Of a stretch of 64,000 nucleotides of DNA, positions 1 to 14,740 are shown one piece after another. The first letter of the stretch is position 1. Every line of letters starts with the position of its first letter. Origin of the DNA: Macrostomum lignano (Eukaryota); assembly GCA_002269645.1 (NCBI GenBank), contig NIVC01001207.1, forward strand, positions 147,541 to 211,540. Direction: 5' to 3'. The notes under the pieces were generated by a model, which did not search any database, was not told the origin of the DNA, and worked only from the letters and a program-made list of their open reading frames with translations. The translations under genes and the position numbers were made by a program.

Positions 1-3674
<3,674 letters not shown>

Positions 3675-4278
3675 GAGCACCTCAGGCGAGAAAGTGCATG
3701 CAATGCAATGAGGCAGAATTGAGGGAAGAGACAGAAGTTTGCCATGCAAAATACAATATTTTATGTAACCCAAATTTTTTCGCCATAAAGTCCGTAGATT
3801 TATTCAAAAAACGTTATTTTCAGAACAAATTAACAAATTTCATTTTGAGAATTTTTATGTTTCACACCTGGACTTCCCCTTAATTGAAGTTAAAGTTTTT
3901 TGCCAGCATTATTTATTCAGATAATTTGACAACAATTTGACCCATGACATTTTTCTGCTGTTTTACGATTCTTATTTTTTATCGACTTTTGGCTCGTCCG
4001 TCGATGCAGCTACCAGCAGCATGCTGTGCTGTTCAATCAGTTTCTTTTGCGTCTTTTTTGCCCACATTAGTCGCTTTGCTTTCTTGCTTTTTCTTCATCA
4101 AGCATGAAAATTTGAAATATTCGTTGAGATCAGAGGTTTCGTATTTTTAAACTCTACACAGCTTGTATAATTAGCAAATGGTTCCTTTCAAGACGTAACC
4201 AGAAATATTGGCGCCAACTTCAAAATAACTCGACGCCCAAGTCAAAACAAATTTGTCCCCCAATTGGTCCCCCCGACG

Positions 4279-4610
4279 CCCCCCAAACCCAAAACAAATC
4301 GGCCCCCAAACCCAAAACAAATCGGCCCCCAAACCCAAAACAAATCGGCCCCCCAAACCCAAAACAAATCGGCCCCACAAACCCAAAACAAATCGGCCCC
4401 CAAACCCAAAACAAATCGGCCCCCAAACCCAAAACAAATCGGCCCCACAAACCCAAAACAAATCGGCCCCCCAAACCCAAAACAAATCGGCGCTCAATCC
4501 CAAAACAACTCGGTGCCCAATCCCAAAACACATCGGCCCCCCAAACCCAAAACAAATCGGCCCCCCAAACCCAAGACAACTCGGCGCCCAAACCCAAAAC
4601 AACTGGGCGC
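4279..4610 (+). repeat. 21-22-bp minisatellite CCCCAAACCCAAAACAAATCGG
   Basis: About 15 copies, degenerate at the right edge. Confidence 0.95.
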
Positions 4611-5557
4611 CCAGCTGAAAAACCAGCTGCATCACAGAACTGGCGACATGTTGCGTAAGCTACACGAGTCAGTGACGCATCGTGAGCTCTCGGTAGTTGA
4701 GCCCGCTTTGATTTATAGAAACTTTCACTCTCTTTTATTGTTACTAATTGTTGTCTTTTTCTGTTTTTTTTCTCCTTCTTTTTTCCTGCTTTTTTGCTTT
4801 TCGAATAATTTTTTGTTTTAATCTGACAGCAGCAAAGAATTTTTTGTCTTCTGTAGAGCTCCATAGTTCATACCGTCAGCCAGTAGTCACTTGGTGCAAT
4901 GTCGAACTATGCGAACAGTGTGTCACTTTATTTTCAATAGTTATTTTTATTTCAAGAGAGTAATATTAGATTTTGCATGTAAATGTTTTGACTATATTTA
5001 TAGATTAGCTAACACTAATTATGCACTCAGCACAAATGAAATTTTTGCATGCTTGCCAATGCACTCTGATTGATCCGTGTATTTTTTTCGCCCCAGAAAA
5101 ACGTTTCACTAAATTATCAATACGAGTTGTGTGAGTTGTTTAAAAGCTGCTCGTAGTTTCTCTCCGTCGATTTGATTCAACCCGACATTTAACTGAACTG
5201 TTGTCTTGAACTTTCATATCACCGTGTGGATGCATGCGTGACTAGAGAACCACAAGAGAGGAGAGAGAAGGGAGATTGGAGGGAAAGATACAAATGACCG
5301 GTGGAATGTGAAGAGGAGATGCAGAGTGAGTGTATTTTTATCAAACGGATTTGGTTCTCTATAGCCTGAAAATCAATAAATTCGGTGTCATTTTTGCAAA
5401 TAAACGCAGCAGTTTCAGCGTCGAATAAATGTCTCCTCTTTGACCGATCATCAAGATAAAAAATCTGTAGACTTTTGAATTAACACTTTTTTAAACTACA
5501 GTATTGTGTTTCGTCTACGAGAGTAAGCATGAAATTATTGATAACTGAGTCACAAAC

Positions 5558-6103
5558 ACCCAAGCACAGAGGGGTGGGATAAGAGGGACAGGCTGAGCCA
5601 CAGCAGCGGCGTGCGCACCCCCCCCCCCAAGCACAGAGGGGTGGGGTAAGAGGGACAGGCTGAGCCACAGCAGCGGCGTGCGCACCCCCCCCCCCCAAGC
5701 ACAGAGGGGTGGGGTAAGAGGGACAGGCTGAGCCACAGCAGCGGCGTGCGCACCCCCCCCCCCAAGCACAGAGGGGTGGGGTAAGAGGGACAGGCTGAGC
5801 CACAGCAGCGGCGTGCGCACCACCCCCCCCCCAAGCACAGAGGGGTGGGGTAAGAGGGACAGGCTGAGCCACAGCAGCGGCGTGCGCACCCAGCCCCCAA
5901 GCACAGAGGGGTGGGGTAAGAGGGACAGGCTGAGCCACAGCAGCGGCGTGCGCACCCAGCCCCCAAGCACAGAGGGGTGGGGTAAGAGGGACAGGCTGAG
6001 CCACAGCAGCGGCGTGCGCACCCAGCCCCCAAGCACAGAGGGGTGGGGTAAGAGGGACAGGCTGAGCCACAGCAGCGGCGTGCGCACCCAGCCCCCAAGC
6101 ACA
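5558..6103 (+). repeat. 66-69-bp minisatellite, about 8 copies
   Basis: CAAGCACAGAGGGGTGGGGTAAGAGGGACAGGCTGAGCCACAGCAGCGGCGTGCGCAC plus a variable C-run. Confidence 0.95.
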
Positions 6104-6331
6104 GAGAGGGGGATGGGGTGGGTTAAGAGTACATGGATTAATTTTCGCGGCTTTTAAATTGTCGATTATTTGACCTTTAGTTGAATTCAATAGTTTATGG
6201 CTAAAACAGCTAGCGCATCAAAACTTTCCTTTAAACGTTATTGCTGCAAATCTAAAAAGGACTCATTCATAACTCTTACTGATACTGTGTACGTTCATTT
6301 AGAAGCATCAACAAACTACATATAAACAAGC

Positions 6332-6397
6332 ATGCAACCAGCAACTAAACCTAGCGAAGCTTTGCGGCGTTACAAACAGGCGGGAAACACAGCAGCA

Positions 6398-6432
<35 letters not shown>

Positions 6433-6598
6433 CGGAGGATCCGCAGGGGCTGGCGGCGTGAGCGGTGGCGCTGCAGGCGTTGCAAACCCGAACTCTGCCA
6501 GCCCAGGTGCTAACAATGGCGCCGGGGCTGGTGGCACGGCTGGAGGTGCCGGAGGCGGAGGGGGCGGTGGCGGCGGCGGTGGCGGCGGCATCAGTGGC

Positions 6599-6640
<42 letters not shown>

Positions 6641-7733
6641 TGCGGCGGTGGCGGCGGTGGCAGCGGCGGCGGCGGTGGCGGCGGCGGCGGCGCTTATGGC
6701 AGAGGGAGCAGCACGACTCGGCAGAGCGGCATGCATCCCAGGATGTTCCGGCGGGCCAATCAGAAGCTCATAGCCGGCTATCCGTCTGACTCACCGGTGT
6801 CCACCACGGATGAGGACTGGGAGGCCGAGGATCTCAATTATATGGGAAATACTGCTAGGCTGGGTGAGCGGCGACGGCCGGAACTGCGATAGGGGGTCTG
6901 GGATAGACTCGGCAGTGAGACTGACAGAGATTGACAGACATCTAAGACATATTATCTAAGACAATAAGATAGACGTACTTTTAGACCGACAGGAGGGGTT
7001 GTAGCCTAATGGTCAGAGCTTCGGACTCACGACTGAAAGGTCGGGGGCTCGATTCTCGACTCACTCGGAACAGTTCAGATGCGTCGCGCAATAGCTGCGG
7101 CTGAGCTGTCGGTTTTATATCTGGTCCAATTGGGTCAGATTTAATTAATCGTTATAATAAACTGTATTATTAATAAGATGAACAGGCACTAGAATAGACA
7201 AGCACTAAGACAAACAGATGTTAAGACAGGCAAGAAAGCATCCAGACGGGCAGACCTGAACCGGCCTACCCGCAGACGTCAGCGAGACCTCGGTCGGGCC
7301 GGACGATTGGAGCAGCGGCCTGGCTCGGTCCGGGCAGCAGCAGGCTCAGCAGCACCAGCAGCTGGCGCAGCATCAAATTCTGCTGAGCTCCGCAGGCAGC
7401 GCCAGAGGCGGCAAGCGTCACTGGGCGCCAGGCGAGGGCGTCATCGACCAGCACCTGTTCCTGCTGGACGACCGGCCCTGGCAGGAGTTCTACACGCTGT
7501 TCTTCACGCCAACTTACTGCGTTGCTGCCGCGGCCAGCTTGCTGCTTCTGCTACTGCTGCTGATTGACGGTAGCGTGTTGTACACCCAGCTGGCTTTGGT
7601 GTTCCTGCTGCCCGGCTGTCTGCTAGCCGTGGGATTGCTGGCTAATCTGCTCACCTGCTGCCTGTTCCCCGCGCCCAGCGGCTCCACTGCGCCAGCCTAC
7701 GATACCTGGGCTGATCCGCTTAACCAGCAGTAG
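6332..7733 (+). CDS. Uncharacterised 329-aa protein: polyAla/polyGly N-terminus, Gln-rich linker, two C-terminal hydrophobic (TM/hairpin) segments
   Basis: Exon 6332-6863 (ATG...CTG G|GTGAGC) joins exon 7276-7733 (CCGCAG|AC...TAG) in phase 1; 990 nt, no internal stop; GC-rich codon usage like the other genes; the intron holds a SINE. No family recognised. Confidence 0.7.
6995..7148 (+). mobile_element. Family 1 SINE, internally deleted (tRNA head joined to 3' tail, CORE lost)
   Basis: GGGGTTGTAGCCTAATGGTCAGAGCTTCGGACTCACGAC...GGAACA joined directly to TTCAGATGCGTCGCGCAATAGCTGCGG; matches both ends of the 9475-9769 copy. Confidence 0.8.
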
Positions 7734-7845
7734 CTACTTTGGTGTTTGGCCTTTGACTGTAAACACGTTGTTGCATAAACTTTTCATTCTAGAGTCAAGT
7801 AAATTAAAGGTAGTTATAAATTCTAAGGAATGCCGCGTTAAAACA

Positions 7846-8858
7846 ACAACAACAACAGCAAAAAAATACGTGACCACGCATGCACTGTCACAGTTAGAGC
7901 AGGGCGCGTCAGATGGCGCGCCGTAGAGCCTGGGAGCGAACAAAGTCCGCTCCGTTGGCAGTGTCGGGCGCCCCAGCGTCGCACAGCAGGCAGTCCACGT
8001 ATCGACGGGTTCGGGCCTGACCCCGCCTGAACGGACCCTGCAAGGTGAGCAGCAGGACGTCCTGAACAGGTTGGGGGCAGTAGCCCTCGGCCCGGATCAC
8101 GTGGCCCGCCAGTTGAAGTCGCCGCCGGCGCAGGATGGTGGACGGGCGCTGCAGCTTGGCCCGATCGTACAGGGCCTCGGTCCCGACGCTCTCGTCAGCT
8201 CGAAAGGCCGCACGGAGCAGCCCTGAGTGCGCCGAGTCCAGCTGCCGCTCTAACGTAGCCGTCAGCGTCCACGTCTCGGCGTTGTATAGCAGGACGGTTT
8301 CGACCACCGCCTGCCACAGCCGAGCCCTCTGGCGGTCGGGCAGCGCTTCGGACTGGAGGACGGCTCGGATCGAACGAAAGGCCGCCCAGGCAAGTCCTCT
8401 GCGCCACCGGAGGTCCTCTTCCACGTGGGGCACCAGACCGCCGAGGTAGGTGAACCGCTGGCAGCGTGCGAGCTTGGTCGTCTGCCCGTCTGCGCCGCGG
8501 CACGTCAGGTCCGCTGGGATGTCGGCCGGCACAGTCAGAACCTCGGTCTTCAGTGTGTTGACGATCAGACCGACGCTCGATGCTACCTCGACCAGCCTGT
8601 CGATCTGGCGCTGGGCCTTCAACGGACGAGGACAGGAGGGCGAGGTCGTCGGCGTAGCCAAGCACGCTTAGGCGCTTTTCGCCGTGGCGGTGACCGATGC
8701 GTCTGCGCAGCAGGAAGCCGTCATTAGCCGAGGGGAGTGCGGTCCGAAGCACCCAGTCCAGCAGCAGCACGAAGAGGAACGGCGCTAGCGTGTCGCCCTG
8801 CAAAACTCCTGATGAAGTATCGAACAGATCAGACAGGCCGTCCGCCGTCACCACAGCA
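7846..8858 (-). mobile_element. 5'-truncated RTE-clade non-LTR retrotransposon (RT C-half), one frameshift, 9-bp TSD
   Basis: SGVLQGDTLAPFLF, LGYADDLALL, frameshift near 8612-8616, FTYLG, VVETVLLYNAETWTL, RRRRLQLAGHVIR; stop at 7909; (TTG)n 3' tail; flanked by direct repeats GTTAAAACA at 7837-7845 and 8859-8867. Confidence 0.93.
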
Positions 8859-8967
8859 GTTAAAACACTCTTAGAAAAAATCGAGTATTTAACTACCAGT
8901 TGAGACGGGGCTAATTCTCGTCAATATAGTCAATATAATAAAGCCGAGAACGAACAGCGAATGCTTC

Positions 8968-9430
8968 GTCGACAACAAAAACAAAAATAATAACAAAGTA
9001 CGCATCAGCATCGCGTCACAGAGCGCGAACAAAGGCCACGCTACCGACCGAATCCAGTGCGTTGGCGTCAGCCAGACAGGCAGTCGACGAAACACCGAGC
9101 GCATGTCAGTCCTCGCCGGTAGAGTGCCTGCACCGTCAGCATCTCTTGCACCGGCTGCGAACAGTACGACTCGGCACGGATGATGTGGCCTGCCAGCTTG
9201 GATCGATGAAGTGTGAAGGTGACTCTCATCACAGATTTTGAAGTCGGTGCGCAGCAGGCCAGCGTGTCAACTTGCCGTTCGAGCTAGTCCGTCAGTGTCC
9301 AGATCGATCCAGAGGCGTTGTAAAGCAGGACGGTCTCGACCACCGCCTTGAACAACGCCGCAATCCGGCTTTGATGTAAAGACTTCGGACTGCAGAAGAG
9401 CAGTCACAGAACGTAAAGCAGCCAAGGCAA
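8968..9430 (-). mobile_element. Degraded RTE-type LINE 3' fragment related to the adjacent copy
   Basis: Broken frames give ALFKAVVETVLLYNA, KLAGHIIRAESYCSQPVQE, FVDCL..DAN, followed by a TTG/TTA-rich tail at about 8970-8996. Confidence 0.8.
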
Positions 9431-9474
9431 TATACCCGACGATACTGTGTGCTCAGCGAAAATAGTACAACAAA

Positions 9475-9769
9475 AATTAATTACACCTGTCCCAATTAGG
9501 TCAAATTTGTAACTGACAGCTCAACCGCAGCTATTGTGCGGCGCATCTGAAGGCTACGTACGGCTGTTCAGTCCAAGGACGGGGGGGTCGCCATACACCC
9601 TCAATTACTCCAGCTAATGCTGGCACCCATTTTACAGCTGGGTGAACTGAAGCAAATCAAAGTTAAGTGTCTTGCTCAAGAACAAAAATTGTTCCGAGTG
9701 AGTAGAGAATCGAATCCCCGACCTTTAAGTCGTGAGTCCGAAGCTCTGACCACTAGGCTACAACCCCCC
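9475..9769 (-). mobile_element. tRNA-derived CORE-SINE, near full-length copy (family 1)
   Basis: Minus strand starts GGGGGGTTGTAGCCTAGTGGTCAGAGC (A box)...GGGATTCGATTC (B box), then TCTTGAGCAAGACACTTAAC...CTTCAGTTCACCCAGCTGTAAAATGGG resembling the MIR CORE. Homologous copies at 6995 and 49361. Confidence 0.8.
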
Positions 9770-9969
9770 ATGCTCAATGAAACATTTTGCAAACACGGAG
9801 AATTAAAACATGATAACAGTGCTTTACCGCCATCAAACACAATTGCACTCTCTGACCATCAAATTACTCTTATAGCACTGTAAGATGCCAGAGATGCAGG
9901 TAGGTGTAAATAACTTTTTTGATAGAGGCGCGTTGGTAATTTTTTTGCGTGATCACCTGAAGTAAAGGT

Positions 9970-10175
9970 GCGCTACACTCGATCGAATTTCTTCGAAATG
10001 AACTGGATCTCGGTAATAAATTGGATTTTTCTTGTCTGAATTTGTCTATGGCAGAACCCCCTATTCAGAGCTATGAGCACTAGAGATAAGACAAATGCAT
10101 GCGCATGTTCCTCACTAGCCTCCCGCTCATTTCTAAGAAAAATGAGTCTAGCTTCCTGCTACCTCAATTGTCATG
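9970..10175 (+). repeat. Old dispersed repeat, copy A
   Basis: TTTGTCTATGGCA-AACCCC-ATTCAG-GCTATGAG...AGCCTCC-GCTCA-TTCTAAGAAAA-GAGTCTA shared with 13275-13460. Confidence 0.6.
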
Positions 10176-10660
10176 GTTGGGGCACTTTGTAGCATGTTAC
10201 CCGTAACTGTATTTGGGTAGGACATGCCCCCCCTTGTCCCCCGTTTGGCGAAAAGTAGCCAATGCATGTTTTCAGAATGCACCAATGGCAAACCAATTGT
10301 AAAATCTGTTGTTTATTTTGAGAATGGAACAACTTGCTAAAATCTGTCTGCTTGCATACTCGTAGTAAGAAATACGGTACTGTCACATTCATTCAGAGTT
10401 TGCATTTTTTTAAAAATCGTTGTGGTTTAAATATTCGCGTTTATAGATGCTTTTGCATGTGGTATTTGTGTCTGTGTTCTCAAAGCTCTGTGCTCTCCGT
10501 GCTGCCATTGGTTGCTTGTGTAATCAGAGCTAGCAGAGGGTAGTGCAAAATTACAGTTCGAAATTGAGTAGGCATCAAATTCTAAAATGTACATGAATTT
10601 TAAAAAAGGAAAGTTTGTCAAAACAGTTTAAAAAATAGAGACCCATGTCGGACTAAAGAA

Positions 10661-10784
10661 CTGTCCACAGCATGACGTTCAGACTCAGGCTCATTATAAG
10701 AACGTGACTGTACTTTTACAAGCTGTCCACAGCATGACGCTCAGACTCAGGCTCATTATAAGAACGTGAATGTACTTTTACAAG
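10661..10784 (+). repeat. 62-bp tandem duplication
   Basis: CTGTCCACAGCATGACG...TTTTACAAG twice with 2 mismatches. Confidence 0.9.
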
Positions 10785-11284
10785 TAGTGCATACTAGTAC
10801 CTGTAGTAGAAAAATAATCACTCAACCATCAGTCTATCTACATGGTCGTTTTCATAAAACACGCTGATAAATTCTACCTGACAATATTAGACTTCCTGAT
10901 TGTGCGAATCAAGGATGCGTACAGGTGTAACGTTGAATAACAAGTGGACTGTGTTTGGTGCATTTTTGTTTTCATTTTCTAATTTGAGAAAAAAATTGTT
11001 TAAAGTTTTTGCTTTCAAAAATAAAATATTGAATCACTGCGAAATTGAATGGCACAAGGAGGGATGGAGACGGAGGAAGAGATGGTCAGGGAGAGTGAGA
11101 GGACGAGAGAAAGATGTGTGGAGAGATTGTGTAGATATTGAAAAAGGACTCGAACTTGAAGGCCTGATGCAAAAATGGATAACTGGATTTCCCCAGAATT
11201 TCCCCAAAAAAGTTGAAGGCCCTAGCATGTTCCAGTTTGACGTTACACGTCTTCACTCCAACAGTTGCTCCCGCGGTGCACCCG

Positions 11285-12706
11285 TCACTCCTTGTACACC
11301 GGCTGCCCGGGCATGGCGGGGGTCACGCGGGTGACGCGTGGCTTCGTCGCCTGCTGCTGCTGCTGCGACGGCGGCTTCGCCTTTGGCGGTGGCGGCGGTG
11401 GTGGCGGCGGCGGCTGCTGTTTCCTTCCAGCCTGCTGCCTGCTGAACATCTGCAGCCTGCTGACTGACGGGAACCTGGCCTGAGACTGCGGCTTCGACGC
11501 CGGCGCTGTCACAGCCGTCACTGTCGCCGTCATCGCCGGAGGATTCTTCTTCGCCGGTGGTGCCCGGATCTCCTCGGCCAGGCTGGTGTCCAGGCTGGAG
11601 CGCCCCGTGTCCAGGCTGCTGGTGTCCGAGCCGCTGACCTTCTCCGGGTCGTCGTCTCCGAGGTCCTGGACGGCCAGCACGCGGCTCAGCGCTCGGATGG
11701 CCACCTGGCGTTTGTGCCGCAGCTGCTCCTTCCACTCTTTGCGGTCCTTGTAGCCTTTGGCGGCCGTCTGCAGCTCGGAGATGACTACGAAGAACAGCTC
11801 GCACAGTTCGCACACGGTGAGCAGCGACATGCCCAGATAGAGGCCGAGAATGCCGCCGATGCTGGAGAACAGGTCGAATATCTGGAAGGACTCGGTCTCC
11901 TTCACCAGCTCGCTGAAGGCCGTGTAGGCGCCGAGGCTGACTTGGGCAAAGTTGCTTGAAAACTCGCGCTGCACATCGGCAATTGTGGTGAGGTTGCGCA
12001 GGAAGTAGTAGAACGTGTCCGGCACGGTGACATTGTTGGCCACCAGCCGGTCGATGGTTTCGTTCATCACCGTATCCTTGCATTTCACTGCTAGGCTGTT
12101 CAATGGCCAGGAGGTCATGGAGATGATGGGGGTGTAGATTCGTTCGATGCAGTTCGGCAGGCAGCTGGACACGATGTCGTTGAAGTAGGTGCTCTTAGTC
12201 TCGATTCGTTGCTTCTCGCAGTTCCGCTTGGCGATGAAGATGGAACTGTTCGTGGCGCTGTCCAGGTACTGGCAGCGGCTAACGTTAAACTGCTCGGCGA
12301 CAGTGAAATACGGTGGCGCCATGCGGGTTGAGAAGCAGCTGCAGTCGGCGAAAATCTTGTCAAGCAGCATCCGGTATTGGCAGTCGATGCGGTTCCGCTT
12401 GAATCTGATTCGGCTGCCGCTGGAGTCCTCGTAGAACACGTGGCCGTTAGCGCTGCTGCAGGGCTTCGAGTTCCGGTTCACGTAGCTTTGGTGGGTTGGG
12501 AGGATTTTCGATTGGTTGGTTGGTTGATTGATTGTCTGATTGATTGATTGATTGTCTGATTGATTGATTAATTGATTGATTAATTGATTGATTAATTGAT
12601 TGTCTGATTGATTAATTGATTGTCTGATTGATTGATTAATTGATTGATTAATTGATTGTCTGATTGATTAATTGATTGTCTGATTGATTGATTAATTGAT
12701 TGATTA

Positions 12707-12745
<39 letters not shown>

Positions 12746-12852
12746 CATTGTCTGATTGATTGTCTGATTGATTGTCTGATTGATTGATTAATTGATTGAT
12801 TGATTGATTGTCTGATTGATTGATTGTCTGATTGATTGATTGATTGATTGTC

Positions 12853-12899
<47 letters not shown>

Positions 12900-14696
12900 C
12901 TGATTGATTGTCTGATTGATTGATTGTCTGATTGATTGATTGTCTGATTGATTGTCTGATTGATTGTCTGATTGATTGTCTGATTGATTGTCTGATTGAT
13001 TGTCTGATTGATTGTCTGATTGATTGTCTGATTGATTGTCTGATTGATTGTCTGATTGATTGTCTGATTGATTGTCTGATTGATTGTCTGATTGATTGTC
13101 TGATTGATTGTCTGATTGATTGATTGTCTTATTGATTGATTGTCTGATTGATTGTCTGATTGATTGTCTGATTGATTGTCTGATTGATTGTCTGATTGAT
13201 TGTCTGATTGATTGGTTGGTTGATTTTAAAAATCGTAATTACTTATTGAAGTCCCTGATCTCATTAGACAACTGTAGTAAAATCGAATTTTTCTCGATCG
13301 ATTTTGTCTATGGCAAAACCCCATTCAGCGCTATGAGTTCTCGACACAACTGCACACTAAATTCACTAGCGATTCGAGAAAAATACATGAACATTCTCTA
13401 CCAGCCTCCAGCTCACTTCTAAGAAAACCGAGTCTATCGTCCTTTTGCATCAGTTGTCCACGCGGCCTTTACATGTTTCTCCTCAGCTCAATATTGAGGA
13501 GTGCATACTCGTATTTCAACACATAACAGGATGAAAACGCCTGCCACAACGTTCTATGCAAAAGCGCAGAAAAGTTTGATTTTCCATTGAAAGTCGATAA
13601 AACTTTGTTTACAATTGGCGAAAGACACCACAGAAAAAAATAATTGTCTAATTGGCTCATTAGTCTGGGTCAATTATGTCCGCTCCGCTTTTTATCAGAG
13701 TTGAATCAGACGTCGCTTTGACAACGAGAAATATAATCAATTTGATCCACACAGAGACACAGAGATCAAGTGTTCTACCGCTCACCACTGAGAAGATGAT
13801 TGATGATTGAAGACACTAGCGGAATGCAGTATTTGTTTTGGTTGCCAAAGAAGAAATCTCGTTGGAAGACTTTTTCTACGAAACCAATTAGCGCTAATCG
13901 ATCGATAATAGCATTTGCTCAAACTGCATGCCGACTTGAGCGATTCAATTCTGCTCAGAACCCTCCCGCTGCAAGTTGGCTCAACTTTCACCTGCCTTCT
14001 GTTTTTACTTCGCACAGGCCTCAGGCTTTTTAGCTTTTTATTTCTCGATCATGCAAAAGCGGTCAAGTTCAGGTGAAAGTCTGCAAGGATTCTACCGGAC
14101 ATTTCCACTCTGGTGTTTCCCCTCCGGCGTTTCCCCTCCGGCGTTTCCCCTCCGGCGTTTCCCCTCCGGCGTTTCCCCTCCTGCGTTTCTCCTCCGGCGT
14201 TTCCCCCTCCGGCGTTTCCCCTCCGGCGTTTCCCCTCCGGCGTTTCCCCTCCGGCGTTTCCCCTCCAGCGTTTCCTCCTCCGGCGTTTCCCCTCCGGCGT
14301 TTCCCCTCCAGCGTTTCCCCCTCCGGCGTTTCCCCTCTGGCGTTTCCCCTCCGGCGTTTCCCCCCGGCGTTTCTCCTCTGGCGTTTCCCTCCAGCGTTTC
14401 CCCCTCCGGCGTTTCCCCTCCGGCGTTTGCCTCCGGCGTTTCCCCTGCGTCTGTGAAAACAAGAATAAAATGGGCCGCCTTCGTGGCGTTATTAAGTGTC
14501 TAATGTGTCAGTCGCCACATCTTCCGCTGCCCCCCTCCCTAGCAAGTTTTTTCAATACACAGCAGCCAGTTTCACTTTCATGTCCATTTTCATTTAGAGG
14601 AGCAATGTCCGGAGGGCATCACTTTTTTAAATCAATCAATCCGTCAATCGACCCATCGACCCATCAATCAACCCATCAACCCATCAATTAATCAAT

Positions 14697-14740
<44 letters not shown>

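Noticed and set aside
6308-6773. PolyAla and polyPro ORFs in other frames of the GGC tract
   Set aside because: Only the 6332 frame has a matching donor and downstream exon.
7405-7425. GGKR amidation/cleavage site suggesting a neuropeptide precursor
   Set aside because: Single site, no signal peptide, and the protein has C-terminal TM segments.
11213-12434. Overlapping ORFs 11253-12083(-), 11714-11959(+), 12189-12434(+)
   Set aside because: Shadow frames of the GC-rich ENaC exon.
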